Assembly: GCA_018650165.1 (NCBI GenBank)
Contig: JABIGM010000038.1
Coordinates: 1 to 32,054, forward strand
Source of the DNA: Methanobacteriota archaeon
Lineage (GTDB): Archaea > Thermoplasmatota > Poseidoniia > Poseidoniales > Poseidoniaceae
Length of the DNA: 32,054 nucleotides
Reading direction: 5' to 3'
Positions 1 to 10,144 of the stretch are shown here, one piece after another. Below the pieces are notes generated by a model. That model was given only the letters and a program-made list of their open reading frames with translations, was not told where the DNA came from and did not search any database. Position 1 is the first letter of the stretch, and each line of letters starts with the position of its first letter. Made by a program: the position numbers and the translations under genes.

Positions 1-3000
1 ATTGCGAGACTCCATTGGGGGTCCAGTACGAGGCAAGTCTTCTATTGCAGGAGTGATTTTTGGGCCTTGCGGTAATTCATCTTTGGATTTCCGTTTCAAA
101 ATTAGTCCCAGTACCAATAAAGCAATTATTCCCGCACCTAGGCCAACATACAATCCTGTATTGAATTCTTCAGGTGCATAATAATCCTTTGAAAATGTGT
201 TGTCACTTTCGTTTAATTCCCAAATATGCTGTTCTTCATCAACTACCACTTCAAGTGTCCAATCGCCTTCAGGCACAAGAACTGAAACCCGTTTTATAAT
301 TCCCTGACCACTTGTGATTTGGGCTTGGTTATACCTTCCAATCAGTTGCTTATCCTCACCCGATATTGTGTAAACTGTAATGTTAAAGGAATTTTGAAGA
401 CTTTCACCAGTGTTTTTCACAGTAATTTCTAGCCTAATTTCTTGGCCCGGTTCGCCATTTCCTTCCGATTTAACCTCTACCAATTCGATGTTTGGCCCTA
501 TTGTAGACAAGGGCAGGGTTAACCATGGTTCAATTAGGGATTGATTTGTTGAACTAATCAAATCCCATCCTGCATCATCTTTTCCACTGGCCCAACAATC
601 AATGCGAGCTTCGGGGGACAACAAGGAAGGGTCACCTTGCTGCGAGAAATCAAAATCAAATGAAAACAGTGTTTTACCTTGGAAAACCGTAGATGGGATA
701 ACTGAACGAGTTAGAGGGGGCCATTGAAGGTCAGTAGAAATAATTTGACAAGTGAGATTTAATTCATCAGTCCATGATACCTCTTCCACAATATTTACTC
801 CAATCCCTATACTCTCAAGGTGGAATCGCGAATAGCCTTCGGAGTTCGATTCCAAAATGATGGGTGCACCTGCATCTACAATGAAGTCGGGTACTTCATA
901 ACTGCCAAGTGTTCTTGTTTCAAGTGGATCCATAATTGCCAAATTCATGTCTAGAATCCCACCAGTAGTAGGCATTGGAATAGTAGTGGAGATCACGCCA
1001 TCTACTACCGAAATTGTTCCTGCTCCAAACCAACTTTGCCCCTGAAGTAGACCCCACCAACTTACCGAAAGGTCGCCTTGATATGGTGTGCCTGAGAGTG
1101 AATGGGTAATCGTACCAGATATCTGGATTTCATCACCAATAATTACGATGCTCTCAGTAGTCACCATTCCAACAGTTGATCCTGTTATATCTTCAACCAA
1201 ATCGATAGAGAAATCAAAGTCCTGAGAAAATATCCACATATCATCAAATGTTGTTTTACTGGTGCCATCTAGATCCTCGATGAATATTTCGATCTTGCCT
1301 TCATCCAGTATGGAACGTTCGACCTCCCATCCGGAAAATAATCTTACAGATACGACCATATCATCATCGTCATATGAGTGACTACAAATTGTTCTGTCTG
1401 AATCAATACGTGAATCAAGTGTGGAGCAAGTTGAGTCTGCTACATCATAAATTACTCCGAATTGTGAATCTTTACCTAACTCAATACGTAACGACATAAC
1501 ATCAGATATTGCATTAGCATCACTGATAGTAACATCCCATGTAATATCTCGGGAAACTTCCCAGAATTGGGTTTGATTTTCACTTGATATTGATTTTATT
1601 ACTGCATTTTGTGCATCACGAGTTTGCCAAGAGACTGTATTATTTTGAGTTGAATTTCCTACCAAGTCCGAACCGATTATTCGCATGAATACTAGGTCAT
1701 GGTCCGCATTCATATCATCTGATTGTGTTGCATTGAACCACCACATACTTCCATTATTCTCTAGAGTATGGTTGATGACGCGGTATTCCATATCTTGCGG
1801 TATTTGGTCAGGGAAACTGCCATCGGAACCATCATCGAGCCCCTGAACCCACACTTCGAGGCTCATATTTTGTGAAATAAAGCCAGATGTATCTGCAAGT
1901 AGTAGTGAGATTTCTCTATCTGGCATACTGTTAATGTAACTGCCATGTTGTGGATTACTCGATAGTATAACCGGATTTTCATTATCCAATAATAGCCATG
2001 AGGAGTTTGCATCACTCAACATTTGGAATGATTGGTCACTGCGTGATTCAACTTCGATTTCAACATGCCCTGATATATCACTCGGTAGAGACCATGAGAT
2101 TATATCTGATTGACCAATTGTCAAATCAGTCCATGGAGTTGTTTGGTTTACCCAAGTTGTATAATTGTTCAATTCAGGGTCAAGAACCTGTACATAGAAG
2201 GTGATACGTGCTTGTATATCGCCACTCGACAAGGTCAATCCAGAAGAGGGGAATGTATGCTCAAGCCCTACATTGATGGGAATTCCACCAGTTATTGCAT
2301 CACCAGTAGAAAAGCCACCTAGGTCGGTGATTCTGACTTCGAGGATATTGTCAATAGCGATTGGTGCAGAATGCGTATATTCTGTAGTCTTTAACCCGTC
2401 GGAACCAACACGTATGCAGAGGTTCGTAATCCCTGTTAAATCACCGAGATCTATGTACCAATCAATAATCGTTTCACCGAGTGATGAACTATTAATCGTT
2501 ACACCACTTTGGATGAAAAGTCCCTGGGTATCTGTTTCGGTATATACTGCTCCATCATGCGATAAGCGAGACCATGGTCCAGTAATTGCACCAAAGGAAT
2601 CACAGGCAGCTAATTCGACATACATTTCACCAGAACTCGAGATATTATGGCTAGTTTGAAGGGAAAATGTCTCCGCTCTTGGATGAAGTACTGATGGAAT
2701 ATTTGATACAAATGCCGCATGCTCGGCACCTATTGATATTGAATCTAAATTTGGTTCATCCCAATTCTGCATATCTGTTACAGTCATTTTTATTCGATAT
2801 TGAATGACATCAGCATAATCATCCAAATCCAAGTCTGTAGTTCCGAGGGGGTAGGAGGTGTTAATCGTTCCATCAAGACCCACCCACACTTCGGATGAGA
2901 GTGCAGCAGAATCTGAGGCTGCACGATACTGGAATCCTAATTCTCCACCGGGTGTATTAGTGCCTTGTAACTCAAATTGAACCGGTGTGGCATGCCCATT

Positions 3001-4197
3001 CACATTTGGTCGTAAGTCAATCACTGGTGATGTAATCCACCCTGTATGTGAATCCGTCTGATTTTGATATTCTGTATCGCCTGAGAACATTTGTTGCCAA
3101 CTGGTGTAGGCATAAGTCGAGGTGTCTCCTGAGGCCCAAACTATACTACCGTTTATTTCTTCAACTATCATATCGAAATGTCCGATAGAACCGATATCAT
3201 TGCCAGCAACCCATGTGTCTGCAAGCGGGTTCCAATGATACACAGATCTCTGAGGCCCTCCGTTGTTTCCACCAACGAGAATTATTTCGTCATTGAGAAC
3301 AGTACCTCCCCACCCATACATCCCCTTTGGGAGTGAAGAAAGGTTCGACCAAGTGTCAGTAGCAGGGTCATAACGTTCTACATAGTCTAGTGCAGCACGG
3401 TTCCATGATTGTGTACCTTGGAAACCACCCATTGCATACAATTGGCCATGGTAATTAATTAATTCAAAAGAGGCTCTTGGTTGGTTCATGTCGGCCATTC
3501 GATCCCAATGGTCGGCAACAGGGTCGTAGCGATATGTACGATTTGTGGCATCAGTTCCAGCAGAATTTCGCACACCACCCGCATAGTATAGGTAGCCTCC
3601 ATCTTCTGCCATACCTCCTAGACCTCTTTCGTTATTGGATGGCATAGGGGTGCCATTGAACCATGTGTTGTTTGTAATATTGTAAATCTGAACACGGCCA
3701 GTAGGATATTCAACTGGATTAGAATTCCTGTACCAATCTCCAACTATTACAACCAAATCTCCAACCATTTCTGCTTCACAATACTGTTGGGTAAATGGCA
3801 TGTTGAGTTGTGCGGGTAGCCAGGTTTTGTTTGAGTTGGTCAGAACCTCTATCATGTTAGTTGGTAATTCATCACCGTTTTGAGTTGGGTTTGGATCCAT
3901 CCGACCTCCCATCATCCATACTTCATCAAAGGATTCTATTGCAACCGAGCATGCACCTGAACGAATTGCGGCAAGCCCTTGATTGGGCATAGTCCACTGA
4001 ATCGGAGGTCTACCAAGGTGTGCTTCACCATCAGTTGTGGTGAAGATCCCATCCTCGTAGAACCCTGTCAGGTTGAAGAGTTGGTCCTCATGATAAGTGT
4101 GGGATTTTTTATTTTCGGATAATTCACTACCTGTAATAGTCCATGCTTGCAACAGGAAAAGCGTGGCAATAAAAACAGCCCAACACCCCCTACGCAT
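1..4197 (-). CDS. Very large membrane-anchored surface protein: signal peptide, ~6-blade Kelch propeller, beta-sandwich region, CARDB-like domain, C-terminal TM (3' end beyond window start)
   Basis: Hand translation from ATG at 4197 (MRRGCWAVFIATLFLLQAWT). Kelch-type blades VWMMGG, VVVIGD, YLYYAGG, LYAMGG, IILVGG; WELNESDNTFS (CARDB-like); TM TGLYVGLGAGIIALLVLGLILKRK near 90-160. Spot-checked segments stay in frame and the frame is still open at base 1. It is absent from the ORF track, consistent with no stop inside the window. Confidence 0.85.
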   Translation of the reverse strand, partial: MRRGCWAVFIATLFLLQAWTITGSELSENKKSHTYHEDQLFNLTGFYEDGIFTTTDGEAHLGRPPIQWTMPNQGLAAIRSGACSVAIESFDEVWMMGGRMDPNPTQNGDELPTNMIEVLTNSNKTWLPAQLNMPFTQQYCEAEMVGDLVVIVGDWYRNSNPVEYPTGRVQIYNITNNTWFNGTPMPSNNERGLGGMAEDGGYLYYAGGVRNSAGTDATNRTYRYDPVADHWDRMADMNQPRASFELINYHGQLYAMGGFQGTQSWNRAALDYVERYDPATDTWSNLSSLPKGMYGWGGTVLNDEIILVGGNNGGPQRSVYHWNPLADTWVAGNDIGSIGHFDMIVEEINGSIVWASGDTSTYAYTSWQQMFSGDTEYQNQTDSHTGWITSPVIDLRPNVNGHATPVQFELQGTNTPGGELGFQYRAASDSAALSSEVWVGLDGTINTSYPLGTTDLDLDDYADVIQYRIKMTVTDMQNWDEPNLDSISIGAEHAAFVSNIPSVLHPRAETFSLQTSHNISSSGEMYVELAACDSFGAITGPWSRLSHDGAVYTETDTQGLFIQSGVTINSSSLGETIIDWYIDLGDLTGITNLCIRVGSDGLKTTEYTHSAPIAIDNILEVRITDLGGFSTGDAITGGIPINVGLEHTFPSSGLTLSSGDIQARITFYVQVLDPELNNYTTWVNQTTPWTDLTIGQSDIISWSLPSDISGHVEIEVESRSDQSFQMLSDANSSWLLLDNENPVILSSNPQHGSYINSMPDREISLLLADTSGFISQNMSLEVWVQGLDDGSDGSFPDQIPQDMEYRVINHTLENNGSMWWFNATQSDDMNADHDLVFMRIIGSDLVGNSTQNNTVSWQTRDAQNAVIKSISSENQTQFWEVSRDITWDVTISDANAISDVMSLRIELGKDSQFGVIYDVADSTCSTLDSRIDSDRTICSHSYDDDDMVVSVRLFSGWEVERSILDEGKIEIFIEDLDGTSKTTFDDMWIFSQDFDFSIDLVEDITGSTVGMVTTESIVIIGDEIQISGTITHSLSGTPYQGDLSVSWWGLLQGQSWFGAGTISVVDGVISTTIPMPTTGGILDMNLAIMDPLETRTLGSYEVPDFIVDAGAPIILESNSEGYSRFHLESIGIGVNIVEEVSWTDELNLTCQIISTDLQWPPLTRSVIPSTVFQGKTLFSFDFDFSQQGDPSLLSPEARIDCWASGKDDAGWDLISSTNQSLIEPWLTLPLSTIGPNIELVEVKSEGNGEPGQEIRLEITVKNTGESLQNSFNITVYTISGEDKQLIGRYNQAQITSGQGIIKRVSVLVPEGDWTLEVVVDEEQHIWELNESDNTFSKDYYAPEEFNTGLYVGLGAGIIALLVLGLILKRKSKDELPQGPKITPAIEDLPRTGPPMESRN

Positions 4198-4294
4198 ACT
4201 GACTCGTGTGTGCATGAAGGGTTTGATAGTTGTGTTATCCGGTTAGGCAGAAAAGAGGAGGGTTCATGTCCTTCGACATTATGCCCGGCCTGCA

Positions 4295-5494
4295 ATGGCC
4301 CGAGATTACATAGCGCGCGACCCTCGAACCGGTCGCCCCCTCAATGTAGGTAATACCCGTTCTAAGACTAAGCGAAGCGAAGTCAAAGAGGGCCCCTGGA
4401 TGGTAATTCCGCAACAAGCAGTCATTCCATTAGCTACAGGACAAATCGAATCTTATCGAGTTGGTTGGAAGGAAAAGGATTACCAAATGAACCAACTCGA
4501 TGGGATCAAGGCACTATCCATTCTTTCTGGAGTGCTGGCGCATGATGGCCATGCAATCCTCCTCAAAAGTTTGATGGACAACGAACCAGAAATCAGAATT
4601 GCGGCATTATTCTCACTCCCATCAGTTGCTGAAACATGTCCTGATGAATTATTCGACCATCTGTCTGTACTATTGGATGACAGCGACGCATCGGTACGAA
4701 AGGCCGCAAGTGATTGTCTAAAGAACGTAGCACCAATCTTCCCATCAGCCACAGAGGGGACACTTGCTTTCGAATTACGGCACGAAATACGTTCTCGTCG
4801 TGATGCTGCATTCTCGGGTTTAGGTGGCCTTTGTCGAACATGGCCTGAAGTTGCTTGTGATCATATTGATGAATTATTACAGGAAGAAAATTTGGAACTG
4901 CGAAGAAAAGCAGCTGGATTACTACGCAGGGTTTTGGGAAAGGGTGGAGCTGCAGCCTGGGATTTAATTGGCTGGGCACTTAGTGACATGGATGTTGAAA
5001 CACGGCGTCAGGCATCATCGTGTCTCGTTCCTTTAGCGCATAGGGAACAGAGAATCGCAACCATACTGGCAGAAAGAGCAATTCTTGATTCGGATTCGAA
5101 GGTTATGCTTGCAGCAATTCGATGTATAGAAGTTCTAGATACTGATAACGGTCGTGCAAGAGAACTTGTATTATCTGGATGTACCCACAAGGATGTCAAT
5201 GTCCGTTTGGCTTGTGTTAAGATATTGCCTAGATTGATGGGAGATGAAATTTTGCGTAACCACTGCAATTCTTTGTTACGTGATGAAAAGGATGAACGTG
5301 TCATATCTGAATTACATCAGTTGTCATTCGATGCTCAGATTGAGGGTACTGAAGCGCAAAAGAATGCCTACTTGGCTCCGTCACCTAGCGTGCCGCAAAT
5401 AGACTTGGAAATAGCCGAATCACAGGGCAAAACCGTTGGACTGGAAGACCTTGAGCCTCCAGTCAAGGAAGATGACAAGCCGCGGCATGGTTAA
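4295..5494 (+). CDS. HEAT-repeat protein
   Basis: 399-aa ORF with recurring HEAT-like helices (EPEIRIAALFSL, DASVRKAASDCL, NLELRRKAAGLL, DVETRRQASSCL, DVNVRLACVKIL); divergent from the Kelch gene. Confidence 0.85.
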   Translation: MARDYIARDPRTGRPLNVGNTRSKTKRSEVKEGPWMVIPQQAVIPLATGQIESYRVGWKEKDYQMNQLDGIKALSILSGVLAHDGHAILLKSLMDNEPEIRIAALFSLPSVAETCPDELFDHLSVLLDDSDASVRKAASDCLKNVAPIFPSATEGTLAFELRHEIRSRRDAAFSGLGGLCRTWPEVACDHIDELLQEENLELRRKAAGLLRRVLGKGGAAAWDLIGWALSDMDVETRRQASSCLVPLAHREQRIATILAERAILDSDSKVMLAAIRCIEVLDTDNGRARELVLSGCTHKDVNVRLACVKILPRLMGDEILRNHCNSLLRDEKDERVISELHQLSFDAQIEGTEAQKNAYLAPSPSVPQIDLEIAESQGKTVGLEDLEPPVKEDDKPRHG

Positions 5495-5536
5495 GAAGGG
5501 TGTGCTGGTCGGCGAATCGCTCAAGGAGTTGTTATC

Positions 5537-5752
5537 ATGACTGATGAACCATTCAATGACAAAGAGAAGCAGTTTAATGACATGTGGGAAGGAGTAACTC
5601 CAAACGGTATTAATCGTACAAAGTCACTCAAATTCCGCCAGTATATCTTTGAGCATGTTCGCCAGATGCAGCGTCCTCTCACTAAGGAAAACGCCCTAAA
5701 ATATTGGGTTGGTATTCTCAAGGCTGAGGCTAAGGATAGCGACAACTTCTGA
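5537..5752 (+). CDS. Small hypothetical protein (71 aa)
   Basis: ATG preceded by AAGGAG at 5522-5527; fills the gap between two co-oriented genes; normal globular composition. Confidence 0.7.
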   Translation: MTDEPFNDKEKQFNDMWEGVTPNGINRTKSLKFRQYIFEHVRQMQRPLTKENALKYWVGILKAEAKDSDNF

Positions 5753-5800
5753 TCGTGAAGAGGGTCACTGACCCGTCCCGGTGGCCCATATTGGGAAGGG

Positions 5801-7219
5801 ATGGAACGAGGGACTCGCATGTTTACAACAACCACATTCTCTTCATGGGATTTAAAATCAGAGATTAAGGACGGTCTAGCTAGTATTGGTTGGGAGTTCG
5901 CAACACAAGTTCAAACAGAAACAATTCCACTTGCACTTTCGGGTAAAGATGTGATTGGCCAAGCAAGAACTGGCTCAGGTAAAACTGCAGCATTTGGTTT
6001 GCCAACAATGAATGCTTGCCAAACAACGGGAGAACTCCAAGCATTGATTTTAACCCCAACAAGAGAATTAGCCAATCAAGTCGCAGAAGAGTTATCCGCG
6101 ATTCAGGGTAATGCTGGACTGATTATTCAGACAGTTTATGGTGGAACTGATTTGGAAAAGCAAGCCCGCTCACTAAAGAGTGGTGTTGACATTATTGTGG
6201 GAACTCCTGGCCGAGTAATGGATATGACTAACCGTGGCCATATCGATTTGGCTAAGCCGGGTTTCTTTGTACTCGATGAGGCAGACCGTATGCTCGACAT
6301 GGGATTTTTCCCAGATATTATGTGGGTAATTGAAAGAATGACCAGTCGTTCTCAAACACTACTTTTCTCTGCAACTTTCCCTCAGGAAATTATTGATGCT
6401 GCAAATGAGTTCATGAATGAACCAGAATTTGTTTTGACAAATACCGAAAAACTTGACATCCCTCCGATTGACCAATACAGTGTTCGAATTGGAAGAGCCA
6501 ACAAGTTGTGGGTAGTCGGAAGATTACTTACTCGGATGAGCGATGAGGACCAAACTATTATTTTCGCAAATACCAAGCGGATGGTAGATTTGACCGTTCA
6601 GAAACTCAAGAAGAACCGATTTGATGCTGATGGAATTCACGGTGACCTTTCACAGAATCAGAGAGAGAAGATAATCGCCAATTTCAAAGAAGGTAATTCA
6701 CGAATACTTGTTGCAACAGATGTTGCAGCAAGAGGAATCGACGTTGACGGAATCACTCTTGTAATCAATTATGATGTCCCTGATGATGTTGATAGTTATG
6801 TCCACCGAATTGGAAGAACAGGCCGAATTGGACGCAAAGGAGAAGCATGGGTCCTTGTTGGACGAAATGATATCCCACAACTCAACAAGATAATAGCAAC
6901 ACATTCACTTGATATCGTTGCAGCAGAAGCTCCTGACCTGCCAGAAGGCGTTGATAGAGAACCTGTTCGCAAAGTAGAAGACAATTCAGAAGCAGCAGAT
7001 GTTTTCGGCATGGTTCCTATTATGATTGCAACAACATCGATGTCTAAATTTGCGATTGTTGATGAGATCACCTCCTCTTTGAATTGTAATGAATTGTCGG
7101 TTGGAGATATTGTAATCAACGACGATTTTACAATCGTTGAGGTGCACAATAAACATGCATCTTTGGCAGTACGTTCATTCAATGCAAAGGATATAGTGGC
7201 ATCAATTATTGAGTCTTGA
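5801..7219 (+). CDS. DEAD-box ATP-dependent RNA helicase (DeaD/CsdA-like, probable C-terminal DbpA-type RNA-binding domain)
   Basis: Q motif (ATQVQ), GSGKT, PTRELA, TPGR, LDEAD, SAT, ARGID, HRIGRTGR. True start may be the ATG at 5819. Confidence 0.95.
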   Translation: MERGTRMFTTTTFSSWDLKSEIKDGLASIGWEFATQVQTETIPLALSGKDVIGQARTGSGKTAAFGLPTMNACQTTGELQALILTPTRELANQVAEELSAIQGNAGLIIQTVYGGTDLEKQARSLKSGVDIIVGTPGRVMDMTNRGHIDLAKPGFFVLDEADRMLDMGFFPDIMWVIERMTSRSQTLLFSATFPQEIIDAANEFMNEPEFVLTNTEKLDIPPIDQYSVRIGRANKLWVVGRLLTRMSDEDQTIIFANTKRMVDLTVQKLKKNRFDADGIHGDLSQNQREKIIANFKEGNSRILVATDVAARGIDVDGITLVINYDVPDDVDSYVHRIGRTGRIGRKGEAWVLVGRNDIPQLNKIIATHSLDIVAAEAPDLPEGVDREPVRKVEDNSEAADVFGMVPIMIATTSMSKFAIVDEITSSLNCNELSVGDIVINDDFTIVEVHNKHASLAVRSFNAKDIVASIIES

Positions 7220-8164
7220 TTATTCTTCTTCGTCATTTGGTTTGTCGATTGCGATTATAGTACATACAAATCCAAGCATACCTAAGGTCGCAAGCGACCA
7301 AGAAGATTGAATTTCTTGTGACCATGCATCTCTCGCCTCGCCACAATCACCTGTGATGCTTGAGTAAAAATCACACATCTCAACAGTTTCCCTAGCAGCC
7401 ATTGCATCAGCATCTAGCAATACATTGGCAAATGCGCCTAGAACAAGTAAGACCGAGATTACCAATGCAGCCTTGTGGAAATTTTCCCAGTTTTTTCGAT
7501 AAATGAACTTCCACTGGCTTTGACTCTTTGCTTGTTCCTTTCTAATCAGGTCACCTGCATTTACCCACTTGAACCAAGCAAGCCACATCAAAACCAGTAT
7601 TATCAGAAATCCCCACTGATAGACGAATGAATGAAAGTCATGCATTGGTTGCTCACAATACATCAAATTTGGATTTTCGTTACAACCAGAAACAGCTAAT
7701 GGATACAAAATAAGCAGCCTGATGATATTGAGGACATATACTATGCCACAGGCCACAATCGCACTCCTGATACGAAGTTTCTGTGGAACACCGGTAGTCA
7801 TCATAATCAGTACGGTAATGAATATCATTTCATGTACACCGGCACACTCATCGGAGACATACAATCGAATGTGGTCAAAGTAAAAGTCAGGGTGTTGCAG
7901 TGTTACCAAGGTTGTCCATCCATTATACTCTGACAGAGTTGCTGCGCCTGGGCCGTATATCAGTTCGGTCAACTGGTACCAGATCCATGCCTCAGATTCT
8001 TGAATAACACCAAGAGTATTTGTTGGTTGAGTGATGAACCAATAGAACATCTCGACAATAATTAGGGCCAACGGTATTCGCAAATAACCCCGTGCAAGTG
8101 TTCCAAATTCTCCCCAAGAGAGGTCTTCGACCTCCTCAATAAGTGGCTTGGAATCTTCCGCCAT
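7220..8164 (-). CDS. Archaeosortase/exosortase-family membrane transpeptidase
   Basis: Multi-TM protein with VSDECAG (Cys107), LNIIRL (Arg149) and HDFH (His175/178), in the order of the exosortase-family catalytic residues; two extra C-terminal TMs. Confidence 0.85.
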   Translation of the reverse strand: MAEDSKPLIEEVEDLSWGEFGTLARGYLRIPLALIIVEMFYWFITQPTNTLGVIQESEAWIWYQLTELIYGPGAATLSEYNGWTTLVTLQHPDFYFDHIRLYVSDECAGVHEMIFITVLIMMTTGVPQKLRIRSAIVACGIVYVLNIIRLLILYPLAVSGCNENPNLMYCEQPMHDFHSFVYQWGFLIILVLMWLAWFKWVNAGDLIRKEQAKSQSQWKFIYRKNWENFHKAALVISVLLVLGAFANVLLDADAMAARETVEMCDFYSSITGDCGEARDAWSQEIQSSWSLATLGMLGFVCTIIAIDKPNDEEE

Positions 8165-8240
8165 GCTGTTGAATAATTCACCTCATTGATGAAGTCTCAC
8201 TTGTACGAGAGTTCAAGTTGGCTATCCCCTCGCCCAATCT

Positions 8241-8471
8241 GTGGAGCCAACTCACAAATTGGACGTATTGGGCCATTACTGTCCAGTTCCAGTTAGTAAA
8301 GCTCGAAAGGCATTGTCAGATTTGACAACTGGAGACGTGTTGCTAGTGGTTGCAGATGACCCCGAAACCATGCACGACCTGCCGATTTTGGTAGACCGTT
8401 TGGGTCATCATCTAGTCGATGTCCTCAAGTCTGCAGGGGAGTTCCGTTATATTATCGAGGTGTGCAAATGA
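8241..8471 (+). CDS. TusA/SirA-family sulfurtransferase
   Basis: LDVLGHYCPVP (CPxP motif), GDVL.V.ADDP; 76 aa; GTG start. Confidence 0.9.
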   Translation: MEPTHKLDVLGHYCPVPVSKARKALSDLTTGDVLLVVADDPETMHDLPILVDRLGHHLVDVLKSAGEFRYIIEVCK

Positions 8472-9070
8472 CGATCGACGAAGTTCCTAGTGAGGCACGC
8501 CTACCCACGGCCCATGCTAATTTTAGGATTCGTGTATTCCATGAATCAGGGACCGGTCTTGACCATGTTGCACTGACATTAGGCGATATGGCTGGCCCTG
8601 ACCCAGTTATGATGCGAGTTCACTCTGAATGCCTGACAGGTGATGTATTCGGTTCTCTTCGTTGTGATTGTGGACCACAACTTGATGCAGCACTCCAAGC
8701 GATTGCACAACGAGGTTGGGGAGTTGTTCTTTATTTGCGCCAAGAGGGTAGAGGAATTGGACTGCATGCAAAAATTCAAGCATACCATTTACAGGACAAA
8801 GGTGCGGACACTTTAGACGCTAATTTAATGCTAGGTCTGCCGGCTGATGCTCGTAATTATAGAATTGCTAGCACCATGCTAGAAGCCCTTGGTGTAACTG
8901 ATGTATGCCTACTTTCCAATAATCCAGATAAATCAAAACAACTTGAGAGATATGGAATTAATGTTGTCGAAATGGTTCCACTAGTAGTTGGTGTTGGAAG
9001 TGACAATCGAGATTATCTTCAAACCAAGGCGGATAGAATGGGTCATGATATTGAATTGGATGGTGAGTAA
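8468..9070 (+). CDS. ribA: GTP cyclohydrolase II (monofunctional, bacterial type)
   Basis: RVHSECLTGDVFGSLRCDCG (Zn-binding Cys triad), LYLRQEGRGIGL, DARNY, LSNNP.K. ATG at 8468 overlaps the tusA-like stop (ATGA). Confidence 0.95.
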   Translation: MTIDEVPSEARLPTAHANFRIRVFHESGTGLDHVALTLGDMAGPDPVMMRVHSECLTGDVFGSLRCDCGPQLDAALQAIAQRGWGVVLYLRQEGRGIGLHAKIQAYHLQDKGADTLDANLMLGLPADARNYRIASTMLEALGVTDVCLLSNNPDKSKQLERYGINVVEMVPLVVGVGSDNRDYLQTKADRMGHDIELDGE

Positions 9071-9469
9071 ATGGTTAGGATAGAAGCAACATATGATGGT
9101 AATTTACGCTGCACTGCAACTCATGGCCCATCTGGTACTGAACTGATTACCGATGCACCAGTCGATAACAAGGGGAAGGGTGAATCATTCTCTCCAACCG
9201 ATTTACTTGCAACTTCAATGCTTACATGTGTAATGACTATTGTCGCAATTCGGGCAGATTCTAGAGATATTGATGTTTCTGGGATGTCTGGAAGTGTTGA
9301 GAAATCAATGGCTGCTAACCCACGGCGTGTTGCAAAACTTGAGGTTGTAGTAAATCTCCCATCGGCACTATCTATGGATAATCGTGCTTGGTTAATTACT
9401 GAAGGTTGCAATTGTCCCGTGTGTGTATCAGTAAGTGAATCGATGGAAGTCGATGTCACTTTCCAATGA
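9071..9469 (+). CDS. OsmC/YhfA-family protein
   Basis: TDAP...G.GESFSPTDLLATSMLTC and distal CPV; starts immediately after the ribA stop. Confidence 0.9.
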   Translation: MVRIEATYDGNLRCTATHGPSGTELITDAPVDNKGKGESFSPTDLLATSMLTCVMTIVAIRADSRDIDVSGMSGSVEKSMAANPRRVAKLEVVVNLPSALSMDNRAWLITEGCNCPVCVSVSESMEVDVTFQ

Positions 9470-9478
9470 GTTGGTCTC

Positions 9479-10072
9479 ATGCCAAGCAATGCGCAACATT
9501 GGAATGATGCATTCAATGTTGCAGATACAACTCAATTAGGTTGGTATCAAAAGGAGCATGCTGTTTCAATGGAACTAATCTCATCATGTGATGGTAAGAA
9601 GATTATCGATGTGGGGGCAGGTGCCACAACTCTTGTCGATACACTTCTTTTGGATGATTATGATGTCACAGTATTGGATGTCTCGTCAGAAGCTCTTCGA
9701 ATACTTTCTAAGCGACATGGTACTAATCTGCAATATGTTCAAGGCGATCTTACTGAGAATCTGAAACTGGGAATTTTTGATATCTGGCATGACAGAGCAG
9801 TATTGCATTTCCTTCTTAACGAAAATGAAAGGAAGTCCTACGTGGTAAATTTGGAAGCAGCGATACCAAGTGGGGGTTTTGCTGTAATTGAGACCTTCTC
9901 TACAGATGGAGAACAGATGTGTTGTGGTCTTGATTTACACACATATGACGAAGGGATGCTGACTGAATTACTAGGGGCGAATTGGATTTTAATTGAAGCG
10001 ATAAGACATACTCACATCAATCCATTTGGTGGAGAGAGGCCATATATTTCTACAATCTTTAAACGTCTTTAG
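9479..10072 (+). CDS. Class I SAM-dependent methyltransferase (TPMT/TehB-like)
   Basis: IIDVGAG glycine loop, VLDVS, DIWHDRAVLHFL. Confidence 0.88.
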   Translation: MPSNAQHWNDAFNVADTTQLGWYQKEHAVSMELISSCDGKKIIDVGAGATTLVDTLLLDDYDVTVLDVSSEALRILSKRHGTNLQYVQGDLTENLKLGIFDIWHDRAVLHFLLNENERKSYVVNLEAAIPSGGFAVIETFSTDGEQMCCGLDLHTYDEGMLTELLGANWILIEAIRHTHINPFGGERPYISTIFKRL

Positions 10073-10144
10073 GATTAGATGGATTTGGTTACTTCTCATC
10101 ATTAAGGGGCGCATCTATGCTAAGAAAAACAAGTAACCGTTCAC

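Noticed and set aside
2201-2659. 152-aa plus-strand ORF and other short ORFs at 1998-2322
   Set aside because: Antisense to the long Kelch/CARDB reading frame; no motifs.
4295-5494. HEAT protein as part of a defence or eukaryote-like trafficking system
   Set aside because: No NTPase, nuclease or coat-type partner nearby; prokaryotic HEAT-repeat proteins are common.
8468-9070. Bifunctional RibBA
   Set aside because: Only ~200 aa; there is no DHBP synthase domain.
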